A stretch of DNA of 64,000 nucleotides from an uncultured Acidobacteriota bacterium. GTDB taxonomy: Bacteria; Acidobacteriota; Blastocatellia; RBC074. This document shows positions 55,129-64,000 of this stretch, piece by piece. The notes beneath the pieces were generated by a model that saw only the letters and a list, made by a program, of their open reading frames with translations, was not told the DNA's origin and ran no database searches. The stretch covers positions 480,001-544,000 of the forward strand of contig CAWCKY010000007.1 of assembly GCA_963796275.1 (NCBI GenBank), given 5' to 3'. Positions within the stretch are counted from its first letter, which is position 1. Each line of letters opens with the position of its first letter. A program made the translations under genes and the position numbers.

Positions 55129-56907
55129 ATGACGATTCCGATACCCGACAAACGTCTCTTCGCATCATTGCTTTCGATGCTGTTGTTCGCATCGATCTCA
55201 ATCGCCCAAGCACCCGCCCCTGCAAAGGGTAACTATTCGGTAATCACGCAACCGGGCGTGCGCGTGAAGATGCGGGATGGTGTAATGCTGGCCACGGACA
55301 TTTATCGCCCGCAAACCGAGGGTAAATTCCCCGTAATCCTGACCCGCACGCCGTACAACCGCAAAGATTCGGCGACGGGGGACTTCCTGGCCTCATACGG
55401 TTATGTCGTCATTCAACAGGACACGCGCGGACGGTTCGATTCGGGAGGCGAGTTCTACCCGTTCAAGTATGAGATGAATGATGGCTACGATACGATCGAA
55501 TGGGCGGCGGGGTTGCCATACTCCGATGGGCGCGTGGGTATGTACGGCGGATCATATGTGGGCGCGACGCAGATGCTGGCCGCCGCATCCGCTCCGCCGC
55601 ATCTGGTCGCGATCTTCCCTTATGTCACCGCGGCGGAATATTACGAAGGCTGGACATACGAAGGCGGCGCTTTGATGCAGTGGTTCGCCAGTTCGTGGTC
55701 CTCGGGGCTGGTGCTCGATACACTACAGCGGAAGACATCGGCACTCATACGTTCAAAAGAGTGGGTCGATAAATTGCCGGTCGACGAATATCGCATGTTG
55801 AACATGCCCACCGTGACCGACATAGCGCCTTATTTTCGCGATTGGATAGAGCATGAGACTAACGATGAGTTCTGGCGCGCGGTCAAAATCTCGGATCATT
55901 ACGGCAAGATGAATATCAAAGCGCTCCATTCGGGCGGGTGGCACGACATCTTCAGCGGCGGCTCGATCCGCAACTTCATTGACATGCAGAAAAAGGCGCC
56001 TAAGGCCGAAGCGCGCGACGGGCAGCGTCTGTTGATGGGACCGTGGGCTCACGCCGCGACCTCGCCCGAGGGCAAGATCGGCGATGTGACCTTCGGCAAG
56101 CAGGCCGTGCTGAATATGAACGAGACGATTCTGAAGTGGTACGATTATGTGATGAAGGACAAGCAGAACGAATTCGCGACCGGCAAGCCGGTCCGGATTT
56201 TCGTGATGGGAGACAACGTCTGGCGCGATGAAAATGAGTTTCCCCTGGCGCGCACCGAGTACACCAAATATTACCTGCACTCCGGCAAAGGCGCGAACAC
56301 GACAGCCGGCGACGGCGCCCTATCGATGGCTACGCCGAAGTCTGAAAATCCGGACGCGTTCGAGTACGATCCCGCCAACCCGGTCCCTACCATCGGCGGC
56401 AGGTTATGCTGCGGTGCGGGACTTCCTCCGGGCCCATCCGATCAGCGGCCGAATGAAGGGCGATCCGACGTTCTGGTTTATTCCACCCCGCCGCTCGAGC
56501 AGGATGTGGAGGTGACGGGCTTCATTACAGCTGAGGTCTATGCGTCGACATCGGCGGCGGATACCGATTTCACCGCGATGATCGTGGATGTTGACCCGTC
56601 GGGTTATGCGCGCTATCTGGGCGATGGCATCATTCGCGCACGCTACCGCAATTCCACAGCCAGGGCAGAACGGATCGAAGCGGGAAAAATATACAAATAC
56701 ACGATCGATCTGTGGGCGACAAGCAATGTATTCAAGGCCGGGCATCGCATAAGGGTTTACATTTCAAGCAGCAATTTTCCGCGTTTCAACCGCAACCTCA
56801 ACACGGGGGAGAAGACGTTGGGGGCGACGCGGATGGAGAAGGCCCGTCAGACGATCTACCACGATGCCGAGCATCCATCGGCGATCGTTCTGCCGATCAT
56901 AAAATAG
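55129..56907 (+). CDS. CocE/NonD family serine hydrolase
   Basis: MRDGV.LATDIYRP, RTPY, QDTRGR, GMYGGSYVG nucleophile motif, GPWAH, SSNFPRF.RN.NTG. Confidence 0.95.
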   Translation: MTIPIPDKRLFASLLSMLLFASISIAQAPAPAKGNYSVITQPGVRVKMRDGVMLATDIYRPQTEGKFPVILTRTPYNRKDSATGDFLASYGYVVIQQDTRGRFDSGGEFYPFKYEMNDGYDTIEWAAGLPYSDGRVGMYGGSYVGATQMLAAASAPPHLVAIFPYVTAAEYYEGWTYEGGALMQWFASSWSSGLVLDTLQRKTSALIRSKEWVDKLPVDEYRMLNMPTVTDIAPYFRDWIEHETNDEFWRAVKISDHYGKMNIKALHSGGWHDIFSGGSIRNFIDMQKKAPKAEARDGQRLLMGPWAHAATSPEGKIGDVTFGKQAVLNMNETILKWYDYVMKDKQNEFATGKPVRIFVMGDNVWRDENEFPLARTEYTKYYLHSGKGANTTAGDGALSMATPKSENPDAFEYDPANPVPTIGGRLCCGAGLPPGPSDQRPNEGRSDVLVYSTPPLEQDVEVTGFITAEVYASTSAADTDFTAMIVDVDPSGYARYLGDGIIRARYRNSTARAERIEAGKIYKYTIDLWATSNVFKAGHRIRVYISSSNFPRFNRNLNTGEKTLGATRMEKARQTIYHDAEHPSAIVLPIIK

Positions 56908-56997
56908 TTTTCAGTTTTCAGCTCTCAGGTTGCAATCGCTGTATTGAAGCAACTCAACTGAAGCCTAAAAACTGAAAACTAAAAACTGAAAACTATT
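56905..56997. repeat. Heptamer hairpin (TTTTCAG)n/(CTRAAAA)n starting at a TAG stop
   Basis: tagttttcagttttcagc...ctaaaaactgaaaactaaaaactgaaaacta. Same family as 39356-39430. Confidence 0.85.
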
Positions 56998-57014
56998 TTC
57001 CGAGGAGACAATTA

Positions 57015-58367
57015 ATGAATCGTCGAAAATTTTTGCAAGCCGGAAGCGGATTCGCGTTGATGGCTTCCGCACCGCCTTACATCACTGAGTTTGCCCAGCG
57101 CAAACTGCGAGTCGGTTTGATCGGCACGGGGTGGTACGGCAAATGCGACCTGTTCCGGCTGATTCAGGTCGCACCGGTCGAAGTCGTATCCCTCTGCGAC
57201 GTCGACAAGCGTATGCTGAGCGAGGCCGCCGATATGGTCGCTGCGCGACAGGCTTCCAAACAGAAGCCGCGCACGTTTTCCGACTACCGCGCCATGCTCA
57301 AAGAAAAAGACATGGACATAGTGCTCATCGCCACTCCCGATCACTGGCATGCGCTACCGATGATCGCGGCCGTCGAGGCTGGTGCCGATGTCTATGTCCA
57401 GAAACCTATCAGCGTCGATGTAGTCGAGGGGCAGGCTATGGTGGCCGCCGCGCGGCGTCACAAGCGCGTCGTGCAGGTCGGCACTCAGCGTCGCAGCACA
57501 CCTCATCTGGCGGAGGCTCGCGATCAGATCGTACGCGCGGGCAAACTCGGCAAGATCGGGTTGGTCGAGATCTATTGCTATTACCATATGCGTACACGCG
57601 AGAATCCGCCGGACACAACTCCGCCCGATTACCTCGATTACGAGATGTGGACCGGGCCGGCGCCGATGCGCCCATACAATAAACTGGTGCATCCGCGTAG
57701 CTGGCGCGCTTTTATGGAATACGGCAACGGTATCGTGGGCGATATGTGCATCCACATGCTCGATATGGTTCGCTGGATGATGGGTTTGAGCTGGCCGAAG
57801 TCAGTCTCCTCTACGGGCGGCATTTTGGTGGACAGGCAGAGCAAGTCGAACATTGCCGATACTCAATCTGCTACCTTCGATTTCGGTGAAACGAAAGTGA
57901 TCTGGGAGCATCGGACCTGGGGCCATCCCAACGACCCGAAGTACCCCTGGGGCGCTACTATTTATGGGGAGAAGGGAACTCTCAAGGCGAGCGTCATGAG
58001 CTATGACTACATCCCGCTTAGCAAAGACGAACAGCCCGTTCATCGCGACGTAACTTATGAGCTCGAACAATACCCGGAGGATAAGACCGAAAAAGACCTG
58101 GAGAAACACGTAGCGCCCGCCATCAGGTACCACATGCAGGATTTTCTGCGCGCCATCGAGCAGCGCGGCAAACCGGTGGCGGACATCGAAGAGGGTCATA
58201 TATCGACGACGAGTTGCATCCTGGCCAACCTTTCGATGCAACTCGGAAGGACGTTGGTATGGGATTCCCAGAAACAGCGGGTCGCGAACGATAACGAGGC
58301 CAACAAACTGTTGCGCCGCCCATATCGCCGCCCCTGGACGCATCCGGAGCCTGAATCGCACAGCTAG
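57015..58367 (+). CDS. Gfo/Idh/MocA family oxidoreductase, Tat-exported
   Basis: MNRRKFL, RVGLIGTG, IATPDHWH, YVQKP, QVGTQRRS, DMCIH. Confidence 0.93.
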   Translation: MNRRKFLQAGSGFALMASAPPYITEFAQRKLRVGLIGTGWYGKCDLFRLIQVAPVEVVSLCDVDKRMLSEAADMVAARQASKQKPRTFSDYRAMLKEKDMDIVLIATPDHWHALPMIAAVEAGADVYVQKPISVDVVEGQAMVAAARRHKRVVQVGTQRRSTPHLAEARDQIVRAGKLGKIGLVEIYCYYHMRTRENPPDTTPPDYLDYEMWTGPAPMRPYNKLVHPRSWRAFMEYGNGIVGDMCIHMLDMVRWMMGLSWPKSVSSTGGILVDRQSKSNIADTQSATFDFGETKVIWEHRTWGHPNDPKYPWGATIYGEKGTLKASVMSYDYIPLSKDEQPVHRDVTYELEQYPEDKTEKDLEKHVAPAIRYHMQDFLRAIEQRGKPVADIEEGHISTTSCILANLSMQLGRTLVWDSQKQRVANDNEANKLLRRPYRRPWTHPEPESHS

Positions 58368-58387
58368 GATTCATATACAAGCAACAC

Positions 58388-58437
58388 AAAAAAGGACAAA
58401 GAACAAAATAGAAATCTGTATTCTTTGTCCTTTTTTT
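58388..58437. terminator. Probable bidirectional terminator hairpin between convergent genes
   Basis: aaaaaaggacaaagaa / ttctttgtccttttttt. Confidence 0.6.
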
Positions 58438-58454
58438 CGATGAATACCAGTTAC

Positions 58455-60164
58455 TTAAAACGTCCCTGAAACTGTTTGCGCAGCTCCACCGCTCGTCGTG
58501 TATGTTACTACCCAGGTATCGCCCGCGTACGGGTGCGCAGTCCCATTTCCATTAAACTGCGCGGCCACGAGGCGATTGCTTCCAGACGCCAGCGTCTGAC
58601 CCGTCGCCAGCCTGAAGGTATACATTATCCTGGTGGCATCTTCAGTCCGGCTAGTCAGCAACATGTTTCCCGGGAAGTTGCTGTATTGCCCAGATACTAC
58701 AACGCCCGCCGTCTTCTGTACCGTAATTGTGATAGTCAGCGCGGTCAGTGGTGCCGTGTGGTTTAAGATCACGTCGAGTTCGCTCCACCAGGGGCTGCTT
58801 CCTGTCGCCACCCTCGCTGTCGCTGTAACCAGCCCCGACGATGGCGCCTGCGGAGTTACACTGACCTGGGCGGAGTTGGCGCTCTCGCCACTGGCATTGA
58901 CTGCGCTCGCGACATAAAAATAGGTCGTCCCGTTCACCAGGCCACTATTGTTGAATGAAGTCGCGGTCAGGTTGTTTGCGACGACGGTGTAGGGACCGCC
59001 GCTGGCTCCCGACCTTTTTACGACGTACCCGGTCGCTCCGCTCGCGGCATTCCAGCTCAACGTTACCTGTCCATTGCCTGCCGTCGCGGTCAGTCCGGTA
59101 GGCGCCGGCGGCGGGGTGGGTTGTCCCTCCGGTTCAAGCACATCCAGTAGCGCAAAATAGGCAGGCTTGGGTTGGTAGTTCGTGTTGTAAATGAGCGCAT
59201 CACCCATGCCGGAAAATGTCCCCGGAATCCAGGAATATTTATCGGTGAATCCCCACGTCACCAGGGCCTTGCAGTTAGGCTCCGTCAGACAGAAATTTAT
59301 TGAATCGGAGTAGGCCAGCGCCTGCTGCTGCAACTCGTCCGCAGATGTGGGAAGAGATATTCTCACGTCCATCTCCGTCATGGATATCTCAAGCCCGAGG
59401 GCCGCGAGCCTCCTGGCGTTCGTTTGATTGGCTGCCTGGATCCTGAATCCATTGATCTGATGCATCTGCCAGCCCACACCGTCGATGGGAACCCCCTGAT
59501 TCTTAAGGTTGCTCACGAGGTTATAGACGGCGTTGGATTTGGTATTCATCCCTTCGATCGAGTAGTCGTTGTAATAGAGTTTCGCGTCAGGGTCAGCCTG
59601 GCGGGCGAATTCAAAGGCGAGCCTGATGTATTCCGGTCCGATCCGCTGATTCCAGAAAGAGTTCCTCATAGCTCCATTGGAGTCGTCGATGGCCTCGTTG
59701 ACGACGTCCCAGGCCATTACGATTCCGCGATAACGCCCGACGAGCGTGAAGATATGTTCCCGCATGATGTCGATCACCTGATCGCGCGTGAAATTGCCGT
59801 TGACCAGCCATCCCGGAATCTGATTGTGCCAGATGAGCGTGTGGCCGCGCACTTTCATATTATTGGCCTGAGCGAAACTCACAAGCGCATCGGTATCGGT
59901 AAAATTGAACGCTGTTCTGGAAGGTCGAACGGCATCCATCTTGAATGAATTTTCGGCGACGATCATGTTGAACTCGCGTCTGAGCGTTTCCAGATATTGC
60001 GGCTCATTCCTGAATGGAGACATGTCTACCGCCGCGCCGATGAAAAAACCGCGCTCGTCGGCGGGTGCGCGTAATGGCCGGTTTTGCGCCCTGGATGTGG
60101 CCGGTGAGATCAAAGCGATGAGCAGAAAGACGAAGCTTACGCCGGTGCTGGTGATTGTTTTCAT
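58455..60164 (-). CDS. GH10 endo-1,4-beta-xylanase with FN3 and C-terminal CBM2-like domain
   Basis: AENSFK, RGHTLIWH.Q, WDVVNE (acid/base), LYYNDY, MTEMDV (nucleophile), WGFTD.YSW, and FN3 PTGLTATAGNGQVTLSW. Confidence 0.93.
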   Translation of the reverse strand: MKTITSTGVSFVFLLIALISPATSRAQNRPLRAPADERGFFIGAAVDMSPFRNEPQYLETLRREFNMIVAENSFKMDAVRPSRTAFNFTDTDALVSFAQANNMKVRGHTLIWHNQIPGWLVNGNFTRDQVIDIMREHIFTLVGRYRGIVMAWDVVNEAIDDSNGAMRNSFWNQRIGPEYIRLAFEFARQADPDAKLYYNDYSIEGMNTKSNAVYNLVSNLKNQGVPIDGVGWQMHQINGFRIQAANQTNARRLAALGLEISMTEMDVRISLPTSADELQQQALAYSDSINFCLTEPNCKALVTWGFTDKYSWIPGTFSGMGDALIYNTNYQPKPAYFALLDVLEPEGQPTPPPAPTGLTATAGNGQVTLSWNAASGATGYVVKRSGASGGPYTVVANNLTATSFNNSGLVNGTTYFYVASAVNASGESANSAQVSVTPQAPSSGLVTATARVATGSSPWWSELDVILNHTAPLTALTITITVQKTAGVVVSGQYSNFPGNMLLTSRTEDATRIMYTFRLATGQTLASGSNRLVAAQFNGNGTAHPYAGDTWVVTYTTSGGAAQTVSGTF

Positions 60165-60676
60165 AGATGGAATCTCCTGATAAAACGGGCCAAAGCGATT
60201 TCGGACATTTGCCGACGCAATGCAGCAAATCCGAAAAGTCGCAAGGTTTTAAATTTTTTTACACCTTAAATTCTGGCCTGCAACAAATCATCGGGGATTG
60301 TCAGGCCGTCGGAGATGAATGTGTTAGCTAAGTTTCATCGCTATGCGATAGTACTGCAAGCACATGCGAATTGAGCTTGATAAAGCGCTACGCGCCGAAG
60401 CGCAGGTCGCTTACACTCCTCCATGCATCCGCTCTCAGAGTGGTGAAGATCAAGTCGCTTACGCGCCTGCCCCCACACCACTCACCCAGTGATGAAACTC
60501 GCTAAATTCTTGGTTGTACCCGCCGGTTCTATCGGAGCAGCTAATTCCAACTGACAATCCAGTTTGACTAACTGCATAATTTTTTTGTGTGATGTTTAGC
60601 TATAATTCGATTCTCGAACTATATGTTTGGGTATCATTGTTGTCAAGAACCGATTGAGTATAATCGCTCTATCCAT

Positions 60677-61471
60677 ATGTCTCGACTGCTATCGATCGCC
60701 ATCTGGCTCATCGCAATTATTACGGCCGGTCTTTTCGCCTCATCGAAATGGCGCTTGCCCGAATCGATTGCCGCACACAGCGCGGCGATCGATCATCAAT
60801 TTAAAATAACACTGGCGATCATCGGGGTCGGGTTCTTGCTGACGCACGGAGCGCTCGGATACGCAGTCTGGCGTCACCGCGCAAAGAACGGAGACCAATA
60901 TTCACGAGGCAATGCGCGGGTCGAAATAATTTTGGCAGTAATCACCTCCAGCGTTTTCGTCGCTCTGGCTGTCACGGGACAGAAGGTCTGGTCGGAATTG
61001 CGGTTGGGCGAGATGCCGCGGGACAGCGCACGGATCGAAGTGGTCGCTCAGCAATTTGCGTGGAACTTCCGGTACCCCGGTGCTGATGGAAAGTTCGGGA
61101 GCACTGACCCGGCGCTTTATAATGACTCCGACAATTCGCTCGGCGCGCGCCCGGGACCGCTCGGTATCGATCCGCTCGATGAATCAGGCAAGGACGATCT
61201 GGTCAGGACGTCGCTGGTCATCCCGGTGAATCGTCCGATCAACCTCACGCTCCGGTCGAAAGATGTGATTCACGATTTCTACGTCCCCGCGCTCCGATTG
61301 AAGCAGGACGCCGTTCCCGGGATGAAGATCGACATCCATTTCACCGCGACGCGAGAGGGCCGTTACGAAATCGCCTGCGCTGAACTGTGCGGCCAGCTTC
61401 ACCACCAGATGCGGGCTTACCTCGATGTCCGGTCGCAGAGCGCATACGAAGAGTGGTTGAAAGTTAAATGA
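60677..61471 (+). CDS. coxB: Cytochrome c oxidase subunit II
   Basis: Two TM helices, AQQFAWNFRY, DVIHDF, and the CuA motif CAELCGQLHHQM. Confidence 0.93.
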   Translation: MSRLLSIAIWLIAIITAGLFASSKWRLPESIAAHSAAIDHQFKITLAIIGVGFLLTHGALGYAVWRHRAKNGDQYSRGNARVEIILAVITSSVFVALAVTGQKVWSELRLGEMPRDSARIEVVAQQFAWNFRYPGADGKFGSTDPALYNDSDNSLGARPGPLGIDPLDESGKDDLVRTSLVIPVNRPINLTLRSKDVIHDFYVPALRLKQDAVPGMKIDIHFTATREGRYEIACAELCGQLHHQMRAYLDVRSQSAYEEWLKVK

Positions 61472-63213
61472 TATCCGCTGAGAGCCGAATCCCGAAAAAA
61501 ATATCTTCCACCTTCATCGGTAAATACGTCTTCAGCCGCGATCATAAAATCATCGGCCTGCAATACTTCTTTCTAGCCCTGACCGCAGCCTTAATCGGGA
61601 CCGGCATGTCGCTGCTCATGCGGCTGAGGCTGGCCTGGCCGCAGAGAAGGTGGCCGCTGCTCGAAATGATAATCCCAGGCGGTTTCAGCGATGGGTTGAT
61701 GACGCCCGAGTACTATCTGGCGATGGTGACGATGCACGGGACGATGATGATCTTCATGGTATTGACGATCGCGCCGCAATCGGCGTTCGGCAATTATTTC
61801 CTGCCGATCCAGATCGGGGCCCGCGAAATGGTTTTCCCGTGGCTCAATATGCTCTCGTTCTGGCTGACATTTGCGAGCTTCGTCATCCTTTTGAGCGCGC
61901 TAGGAGTGAGCGGTGGAGCGCCGATCGGGGGATGGACATTCTATCCGCCGCTCAGCGCAATCGCTGCTGCGGGGAGCGGGCAGGCCACCGGAGCTGATCT
62001 GTGGATCATCAGTATCTGCGTGTTTTGTCTGTCCTCTTTCATAGGTTCGATCAATTTCATCATCACGACGCTGGTGCGGAGGACGAAGGGAATGTCGCTG
62101 ATGCGAATGCCGTTGACCTGCTGGGGATGGTTCACGGCGGCGTGCATCTCTCTGCTGGCATTTCCGGTGCTCTTCGTCGCGGGCCTTCTGCTCTTTCTCG
62201 ACCGCAACTATGGGATGAGTTTTTTCAAGCCCGCGGGGCTGGTCGTGACCGGGCGTCTGATCGAGGGCGGCGGGGGAACGCCCTTGCTGTGGCAGCACCT
62301 CTTCTGGTTCTTCGGCCACCCCGAAGTTTATCTGGTGATCATTTCGGTGATGGGCATCATCTCGCACGTGCTGGCGAGCTTCGCGCGTAAGCCGGTCTTC
62401 GGATACCGCGGAATGGTGCTGGCGACGCTCAGCATCGGCGCGCTCGGATTTATCGTCTGGGGTCACCACATGTTCGTCAGCGGAATGAACCCGCGACTTG
62501 GAATCGCGTTTTCGGTATTGACTCTGGTGATCGGCGTGCCATCGGCTGTCAAAACGTTCAACTGGCTGGGAACCTTGTGGGGCGCACGCATTCGATTCAC
62601 CACGCCGATGTTGTTCGCGATCGGTTTCATTTCTTTCTTTATAACCGGCGGAGTGACCGGATTGGTATTGGGGCAGACGGCGCTCGATATGGTCTTTCAC
62701 GATACCTATTTCGTGACCGGCCATTTTCATATGATTATGGGCGTGGCTGCTCTCTTCGGCATCTTCGCGGCCACCTACTACTGGTTCCCCAAAATGTTCG
62801 GACGGATGATGAACGAGGCGATGGGCAGGCTTCATTTCTGGCTGACGTTTATCGGCGTCTATGCGATCTTCGTCCCTTTTCACCTGCTGGGCATAGCCGG
62901 TCATCCGCGCCGGTACGCCGACACACTCTGGTTCGAATTCTTGAAACCGCTCGGTCCCTTGCACGTCTTCATCACGATCGCTGCATTCGTGACGGCTGCC
63001 GCGCAATTAATCTTCGTGGCTAATCTCTTCATGAGTTTGTGGCGAGGCGCGAGCGCCGTCGATAACCCATGGGAGGCGACGACCCTGGAGTGGGCGGTTA
63101 TGACGCCGCCGGCGGAGAATAGCCGGGATCAACTGCCGGTGGTACACCGTGGGCCATATGAGTATACGATGACCGGCGTTGCGAAAGACTATTCGATGCA
63201 ATCTGAGTCTTGA
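61468..63213 (+). CDS. coxA: Cytochrome c oxidase subunit I (A1 type)
   Basis: DHKIIG, TMHG, GWTFYPPL, WFFGHPEVY, VWGHHM, HDTYFVTGHFH, PRRY. Confidence 0.96.
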   Translation: MISAESRIPKKISSTFIGKYVFSRDHKIIGLQYFFLALTAALIGTGMSLLMRLRLAWPQRRWPLLEMIIPGGFSDGLMTPEYYLAMVTMHGTMMIFMVLTIAPQSAFGNYFLPIQIGAREMVFPWLNMLSFWLTFASFVILLSALGVSGGAPIGGWTFYPPLSAIAAAGSGQATGADLWIISICVFCLSSFIGSINFIITTLVRRTKGMSLMRMPLTCWGWFTAACISLLAFPVLFVAGLLLFLDRNYGMSFFKPAGLVVTGRLIEGGGGTPLLWQHLFWFFGHPEVYLVIISVMGIISHVLASFARKPVFGYRGMVLATLSIGALGFIVWGHHMFVSGMNPRLGIAFSVLTLVIGVPSAVKTFNWLGTLWGARIRFTTPMLFAIGFISFFITGGVTGLVLGQTALDMVFHDTYFVTGHFHMIMGVAALFGIFAATYYWFPKMFGRMMNEAMGRLHFWLTFIGVYAIFVPFHLLGIAGHPRRYADTLWFEFLKPLGPLHVFITIAAFVTAAAQLIFVANLFMSLWRGASAVDNPWEATTLEWAVMTPPAENSRDQLPVVHRGPYEYTMTGVAKDYSMQSES

Positions 63214-63509
63214 AGGTAATCTGGGAAAGAAGACCGGAGTATAAGCTTCTTCTTACTTTCTTCCGGTTGCAATCGATCATTAAATAGTACATTATCGGGT
63301 TTGGTTCTTTGTTTACTCCTTCTCTCGCGCATCATCGGTGATGCGCCTTTGCCTCGATGGCATTTGATGCGGCGTAATGGATAATTCGAGAGTGGGATTG
63401 ATACCAACTTCAGAAGCTGCGCAATAGTGCATCCGAAGGCAGTCCTTGGCTACTACCGGTCACCACACTTATATCCGAAGCTTCTCTCAACATTTAACGA
63501 GGAGAAAAC

Positions 63510-63899
63510 ATGGCTGTTAAATTGTATGTTGGAAATTTGTCCTTTCAGACGACACAGCAGGATCTGGAAGAGCTGTTCGGTCAGGTAGGACAAGTCGAAT
63601 CTGTAAGTATAGTGACGGACCGCGATACGGGACAGCCGCGCGGGTTCGCATTTGTAGAGATGGCTGGGACCGCAGAGGCTCAGGCTGCGATTCAAACTAT
63701 CGATGGTAGGGAGGTTGACGGCAGGGCGCTGAAGGTAAATGAAGCCAGACCCAAGGAAGACCGGGGCGGCGGCGGACGTCGCGGCGGCTTTGGCGGCGGC
63801 GGCGGCGGTCGAAGTGGTGGCGGCGGTCGAAGTGGCGGTGGTGGAGGACGTGGCGGTTACGGCGGTGGCGGTGGTGGTGGCCGTGGAAACCGGTACTGA
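63510..63899 (+). CDS. RRM RNA-binding protein with a glycine-rich tail
   Basis: RNP2 LYVGNL, RNP1 RGFAFVEM, VNEARP, Gly/Arg-rich C-terminus. RBS gaggag. Confidence 0.95.
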   Translation: MAVKLYVGNLSFQTTQQDLEELFGQVGQVESVSIVTDRDTGQPRGFAFVEMAGTAEAQAAIQTIDGREVDGRALKVNEARPKEDRGGGGRRGGFGGGGGGRSGGGGRSGGGGGRGGYGGGGGGGRGNRY

Positions 63900-63941
63900 G
63901 GATCCCAACCGTTCGGATTAAAACTGGTATAGATCAGAAAA

Positions 63942-63980
63942 GGCCAGAGCATCTTTAGACCGAGTTGCTCTGGCCATTTA
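63942..63980 (+). terminator. Stem-loop after the RRM gene
   Basis: ggccagagca-N14-tgctctggcc followed by a weak T-run. Confidence 0.5.
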
Positions 63981-64000
63981 ATATTCAGGTCTCCTCGCAC

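Noticed and set aside
60383-60467. Repeated (A/G)GTCGCTTAC / AAGCGCTAC motifs between the xylanase and coxB (LacI-like sites?)
   Set aside because: They are short and imperfect, with no cognate regulator nearby, so support is insufficient.

Overview
This is a chromosomal window of moderately high GC content from a bacterium that is very probably Acidobacteriota, possibly Blastocatellia-like. The evidence is six Oar/carboxypeptidase-regulatory-domain TonB-dependent receptors (TBDRs), TPR and CRTAC1/ASPIC-UnbV proteins, PadR-ADOP permease pairs and a DUF1592-DUF1552-ankyrin trio. The right part holds assorted enzymes: an AlkZ-like glycosylase, an MBL hydrolase, HupE/UreJ, CocE/NonD, Gfo/Idh/MocA, a GH10 xylanase, cytochrome c oxidase subunits II and I, and an RRM protein. 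I found no rRNA, tRNA, CRISPR array, transposase or prophage. Main observations: (1) A dispersed family of hairpin elements built from 7-, 8- or 9-mer tandem repeats sits at gene ends. In at least three genes these elements lie inside the 5' coding region and appear to supply the signal peptide. (2) There is a triple-nested REP/REPIN/MITE-like element. (3) An orphan 769-aa protein has a C-terminal JAB/MPN-like motif and lies next to an AT-rich region with a possible decayed family-A polymerase fragment. (4) A TetR gene and a secreted beta-propeller/di-heme protein gene share a visible operator. (5) One ADOP permease has an in-frame deletion of about half its length. All product calls come from motif recognition by eye, not from database searches.
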